Assembly (NCBI RefSeq): GCF_964204645.1
Contig: NC_134026.1
Span: 15,906,150 to 15,970,149 of the forward strand
Reading direction: 5' to 3'
Length of the DNA stretch: 64,000 nt
Origin: Tubulanus polymorphus
Taxonomy: Eukaryota; Animalia; Nemertea
Shown here: positions 57,911 through 64,000 of the stretch, in pieces
Position numbering within the stretch: the first letter of the stretch is position 1
Layout: each line of letters begins with the position of its first letter
Translations under genes and position numbers: made by a program
Notes under the pieces: model-generated
Seen by the model: the letters and a program-made list of their open reading frames with translations, nothing else
Databases searched by the model: none
Told to the model about the DNA's origin: nothing

Positions 57911-60900
57911 ATGATGGTCCTCTATCAGCTTGTGGGAGTAGTAACGATCCTAGCTTATCCCACCATGTCATTAAAGAATGGTTAGTACGATGGTTAATCG
58001 AATAGAAAGTGTACGTACTTGCGTGGTGCATTCAAACTACGCAATGATTATATATTTTAGATCCAAATATAGCTATCGACGTGGCTATTGTAATTGATAC
58101 TTCCAAGACCGTGTACAGTAATGAGTTCATCGCTCTGAAATTATTGGCGGAACATATGGTCTCACAATTCTCCGTTACACAGGCCTTAACCCGTGTCGCA
58201 ACCGTCGAATATTCTTCAACCGTTCGTTTGGGAAACTGGCTCCAAGATGCTACCGATGCAAAAAGTGTTAATACAGCTATAAAGGGATTGGCTTGGGATG
58301 GGTTAGATCCCCATCCTTTTCTTGCAATCGATTTCGCAAGGGAACACTTATTCAAAGAAAAAGGTGCCCGAGGCAACAAAGTACCAAAGGTAATGATCAT
58401 AATCGGCAGTGGAGAGGCGGCCGATGCCCACAAAACACGAGTTGCTCTTCGCGAGGCATACGAGGCAAACATTCGGGTGTATTCAATTGGACATAGATCG
58501 TATAGTAATATCATTGAGTCAGTTCTTCCTCCAGACCACGAGACGATCCTTCCTTACGTGTTGTTGTCTTCTACCAGTGAAAAAGATGTTGCACCGACAC
58601 TTGTTGATAAAATCCTCGGAGGTAAGTAAAATCATGTTTTTGGTCGCATACTATTTAGAAGTTATTTAACCAGGACGGCATTCCAGGCTAGAAATCTATA
58701 TGTATCATTTTCAACTTTCAGATGCTACATGCGATTTTGGAAAATACTTAAAGAAAGGAACTTGCACTGGTAAGAATCACATAATAGAATACGATTGATT
58801 GTTAGGACATAATGATACCTTGTTTCTCAGAATTGTCAAATCCCGACCACGTTGGAAAATCAACCTGCAAGATAGCTATAGAAATAGAATGCGCCCTACC
58901 GCCAAAAAGCCCTATAATATGCGCCACTTTATCAAAATCGAATGCGCCCACCCGTAGTTAATTCATGATTTTTGTTTCGGCTACCATGTTGTTATATACA
59001 ACATTGAAAAACGTTCAATCGAGTGACTGATATTAATCCAATGAAAACAGTTAACCTATTTTTAGCCACAACATTCGGGCATGAATCACAGATCTTCAAT
59101 TGCTCATAGGTTACAAAAACAACATTCGTTCGCAAAGAAATCGCTAATTCATTTTTCGGCCGCTAAGGCGCAGCGTTTATCACTAAGCTTCAACAACCGC
59201 GTATGTGCAGTGTTACTCTTTCGATTTTCAGTTCTCGAATACATTGTTCTTCTAAATCAGCAGCTGTGTGATGAGAGAAGTTTGTTTTCAAAATAATTAA
59301 TTATTTGACAAAGATCATACTTGTACAGGGCGGCATAACTAGCATCACTGGCGACGCTAGATTCTGAACATTTGATTTAATTTAATTTAATATTGATATA
59401 AAAAATAATATCGAAAAATCAATCGCACATTGAAAAAGTACAAAAGAAATAAACAGTCGTTCAGTTTTGCGGTAGAGTGCAACAATTCAAATCGATGACC
59501 TCAACTGACTATTCCAACAATATGTGACGGGTCGTAAAATAGTGCCTGGACCCTTTAAAGCCGCAGCTTCAATGCCCCTGGGCTTCTATTAATGTTCTTG
59601 TTCTTGGGCTTCAGGGTATCATTTTGTCATTATTAAACTTAAATACGTATACTCTAGCAATAGTGTATCGCTGCAGATATTGACGAATGCGCGGCGGGCA
59701 CAAACCCGTGTGTGAATGGGGGAGTATGTACTAACACGTTTCCAGGATACACGTGTGACTGTCCAACCCCTCTACACCAGGGTACCACTTGCACCGGTAC
59801 GTAAATAAGACGGATGTATTCCTAAATAACTAATCATTTTGATTCACCCGTCTATGGTGTCTGAATCTTAATTACGGTACGTTCATAATTAGGCATTTTG
59901 GTTCTGTAATAGGAAATTAGCACTCGATCATTCTTTTAATTTTTACGCTGTATTTTATCCATTCAAGACAAGTAATAGAAGATTGATGTATCATTTATCC
60001 TAAATTCTTCCGATAGTTACCTCTTGACGAAATTAGAAAATTGTAACATTTATAAAAGTTACGGTATACAAATTCGAAAAAAATGTCTTCCAAAATGTAA
60101 CTGGCACTCTTTGATAACGTTTCATTAAATTTACACAACGTAAATATTTTCTTACAGCGATGGCCCCATTAGATCTAACAATGGTACTTGATGTTTCGAG
60201 TGCAGTTTATAAAGCAGAATGGCCTAAACTCTTTGATCTGTATAAATCGATTATTAGACATTTCTACGTCCACCCGGATCACGTGCAAATAGCCATGTTC
60301 ACAGCCGCAGCTACAATTACCAACGGTGCCCTTCTAAATACGTGTCATAGTCAGTTTTGCCTGTTGAATATAATGAAAACGTGGAAATGGACGGGTGAAG
60401 ATCCACCAGATGAATCGATGGAAAAGACGATTCTTAATACAATTCGAAGCCAGTATGGGTCCAGGAAAAATGTCCCGCATGCAGTTATATATGTAGGGAG
60501 TGGGGTAACTACTCACCACCCTGCAACAACGCGTGCCCTCAATCTGATATGGGGGCATAAAGTCCGTTTCTATGGCGTTTTCTATGCAAATTCATTCAGT
60601 TACCTATCAAAACTTATCCCAAATAGTTTCACGTTTAATTCCGAGACTATCACGAAGTATGACGATATCTTTGAAACAGCCGTTAGTGTCGTAAGAAAAG
60701 TTGCATCCGGTAGGTTGTTACCTCCGTGGAGGATATTTCCGATGGGAAAATTCTAATTTTTCAATTTCCACATACATATATTGTGCATTACTTCATGTCA
60801 GGTCAAACCTCATTTTAGACGTTTCCTGTAAACCTGGATATGAGAAAAAAGTCGGGGCAGTTAGCTGTACAGGTAAAGAAAGTGAACGAAAACCAAAACT

Positions 60901-63900
60901 AATACCCATACGTTATGATGAATTGAAAATATTTCGGCAAAATGAAATTAAATGGCTCTGCTAAAAGCATTGCATGTATGAATTTCAAGATGAACTACTG
61001 AACGATGATCGACGCATTAATTCTGAATTTTCACACACACAACATAATAGTACTTTATGTTATGAATACGTTCGCGATTTTTATTGCATTACATAAACAT
61101 CTCGTATATTTTCTTTCCACAAGATGTAAATGAATGCGAAGCAGGAAAAGTCCCGTGTTTTAACAGCGGTACATGTATAAATACTGTTGGTAGATTTTTG
61201 TGCCAGTGCAGCGCTAAGAATGAGGCTTGCACGGGTAAGAAACTTTTCAATGAAATATTTATTTGAACATCTTTCATCATGAAATGAATATTCTGAATAT
61301 CAATTCGCTATAGCTGTTGGAAAGGCTGATATCGCTATGCTCTTGGACTCGAGTGCTAGTTTTGTTAGTGCAGTTACATGGAACAGATGGCTGACGTTCT
61401 ATATGGAAATGATAAGCAGATTTTATGTTCACCCATCTTTCATCCGTATCGCATCGGCAATATATTCCGACACCCTGAAAGTCGCGACGCGATTCAATGA
61501 TTGCGATGATGCGACCTGTGTTTTATCTGCTATAACAACACAAGCTTGGAAGTATGAAAAAGGTGGTCGCAAATTGGGAGTGGCTCTGGAGGAAATCTTG
61601 AAACGTTTACTCGAAGGTCCTAGTGGCATTCGAAACGCTCCAAAAGTACTGGTATACATTGGCAAGGGCCTTTCCAATGATGATCAGCGAGTTACTCAGA
61701 TATTGGAGAAATACTGGCGAGATGGCATTAAAATATTCATGGTCGGGCCTTCAAATACAATTTTAAGCCGACAGTTGCCGTCGCATGCCATTGTCAATTT
61801 TCCTGCAGCTGCTAATCTGAAGCCCGGTGTTGGTGATGCCACTAAAATGGTTACTGAACGTATGTTGGTTCCAGCTATTATTTAAATTCGAGTGTTCGAT
61901 TGAGTGAACCTGTACCATTCTCATAGAATACTATTATGATGTTGTTTATCAAATTCAGATACAAGATGCCACTATGGATACTATATGACTGCACCAGGGA
62001 AATGCACAGGTTAGTTAAACTATTCCCATTATTTCACATCGGGATGCACTTACCAATAAAAGACATACTACTCCTTTGAATTGATTTTATCTAGATATCG
62101 ACGAATGCAAGGCAATACAAAATCCTTGTCACAATGGGGGAGTCTGTCAAAACACAGATGGCAGTTACTTGTGTCCATGTGCGGTGAATGCTGCTAACTG
62201 TCTCGGTGAGGATAGGCCTATCAAATGTTCTTGATTTCTTAAGTCCGCCTGAAAATTTTATTTTTTTTTTTCAAACTATGGTGCATCTCATACTGACAAA
62301 AAAGAATGTTGGCAAGCAATCTATGTGAGAAATTATATATGGACATGCTCCAGATTTTGTTTATTTTCAGAACGGGTGCAACTCGATGTTGCCGTTTATT
62401 TAGACACTAGTGCTGCATTTACAGCTGCACAATTCACAGCATATAGAACAGTATTCAAGAAAATCATTAAACATTTTGGTGCGCACAGAGACTTCGTGCG
62501 AATATCAGCATCTACTTTTGACTCGAAAGTCACAGCAATCAGTGCATTGGGGGCTTGCAACTCATCCTCTTGCATTTTGGACTTAATAGCAAAATCGCCT
62601 ATAACTCAGAACAAAAACATCGCCAAAGTCGACGGCGAAGTTGTTTTTGCTAACATTCGCGAGGTATTAGATGATCGCAATACAAGGCCTGGCGTTACGA
62701 GAGCAGCTATATTAGTCTGGTCTGGTCAGTCAAATAATGTCCTATTGACAAAACATGCTATGCACAATACGAAGTTGGAGGAAATACGGCTGTATGATGT
62801 TACCGTTAAAAACACTAATGTTCTGACGAATACGTTTAGCCTGAACCTTGCCCTAACCGTGTCGGCTTCTTATATCGATAACATAGCATATAACGTGGTT
62901 CAAAAGGCCTCCGCAGGTAACTAAAATTTCAATTATTGTTATATCACCATGGAAATTAAAGTTGAGTTGATGTTTTTAAGGTTTTCTTGTTCCGATGCAG
63001 GTTTGGATTTAGAGGGTGCACAGTGAGCCCGGGGTCTAACATTGAATAACATTATTGCATGTTTCTTCTTCATTATCAACAATCTAGATCATCAGAAATA
63101 GAATTATTTGAAATGTTCTTGAATCCATCCCCTCCCCAACCCCTAATAACATTGGCACCTTGGAGCTCACTCAAAGTGTTCTATTTTGAATATATAGATC
63201 TCAACCCGCGACGGACCCCAACTCAAACCTTATGTGCTAAATTTGAACTGAGTTTTGATGGAGTCATTTCATCTGTTTTACAGATACGGAGTGTAAGTAC
63301 GGGTATCACTTGTCCAAAGGGAAATGCATCGACATTGACGAGTGTTCGGCTTCAGAGACATGTTACAACGACGGAACTTGCATTAACAGAGACGGATCAT
63401 TCGTCTGCCCGTGCCGGAAAACAAAAAACCCCGCTTGTCTTGGTGAGTAGACTTACACTTTTTCTTTGATTAGAATTCAGTGGGAATATTTCATGGAATC
63501 ATGTTCTTGTTAATCGAGTCTCAATATTACCGTGTTATTATTGTTGTCTTTTTTAATAAAGAAATGATGGATATCGATGTTGCTGTTTTACTGGATGTAT
63601 CGAATGCAGTGCACAAAGACCAGTTCCCTCTCCTTTATAAACTTTTTCTCAGAGTGATCAAGAAATTCTACGTCCATCCAGATTTCATTCGCTTGTCGGT
63701 AGCCGCATATAGTGATAATGTTGAAGTTAGCACACAGCTCGACACATGCAAAGACATTACCTGTGTAGTGAAAGCAACAGCTGGTTGGAGTTATAATCCA
63801 CATCCACCCAATACACACACAGCGCTGCAAATAGTGAAATCGAATTTACTAGTGAAAGGAGGTCGTAGAGACGCCTCCAAAGCAGTAATCATTATTGGAA

Positions 63901-64000
63901 GTGGGTCTTCAACTGAGCGCGCCGATGCGATGAAAGCTATTGAAGCTCTATGGGGAATCAATGTCAGAGTGTATGCACTAATTTACGACGTAGAAGATGA
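57911..64000 (+). CDS. Secreted multi-vWA / calcium-binding EGF repeat protein (matrilin-like architecture), 3' end outside the window
   Basis: Exons 57911-57980 (signal peptide), 58061-58621 (vWA1), 58722-58769, 59677-59796 (DIDEC EGF), 60158-60709 (vWA2), 60819-60872, 61124-61234 (EGF), 61314-61859 (vWA3), 61959-62009, 62095-62205 (EGF), 62371-62916 (vWA4), 63284-63442 (linker+EGF), 63562->64000 (vWA5). All introns GT-AG and phase 1, giving one open frame. Confidence 0.93.

Overview
AT-rich animal genomic DNA (spliceosomal introns, probably a marine invertebrate) dominated by mobile DNA. The main feature is a complete, lightly decayed Maverick/Polinton endogenous DNA virus at 36438-54778 (18.3 kb). 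It has a GACCTC 6-bp target-site duplication, AG...CT ends and 588-bp TIRs. It encodes a protein-primed PolB, a retroviral-type integrase, a packaging ATPase, major and minor capsid proteins, several membrane proteins and a Zn-finger/HNH nuclease; I could not recognise a protease. Three things about it are unusual: the outer 404 bp of each TIR is itself a fold-back hairpin, nearly every ORF starts within a T-run...TAAATG motif like a poxvirus late promoter, and one 43-bp palindrome-containing cassette sits in frame in two different genes. A second, older and rearranged relative lies at about 18.2-25.8 kb. The rest holds MITEs, a small LTR element, tandem Helentron-like units, Penelope remnants with minimal hammerhead ribozymes, a BEL/Pao fragment and decayed HECT- and BEN-domain genes. 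A secreted (vWA-EGF)n host gene starts at 57911 and runs off the right edge. All family calls rest on motif recognition by eye; no database search was run.
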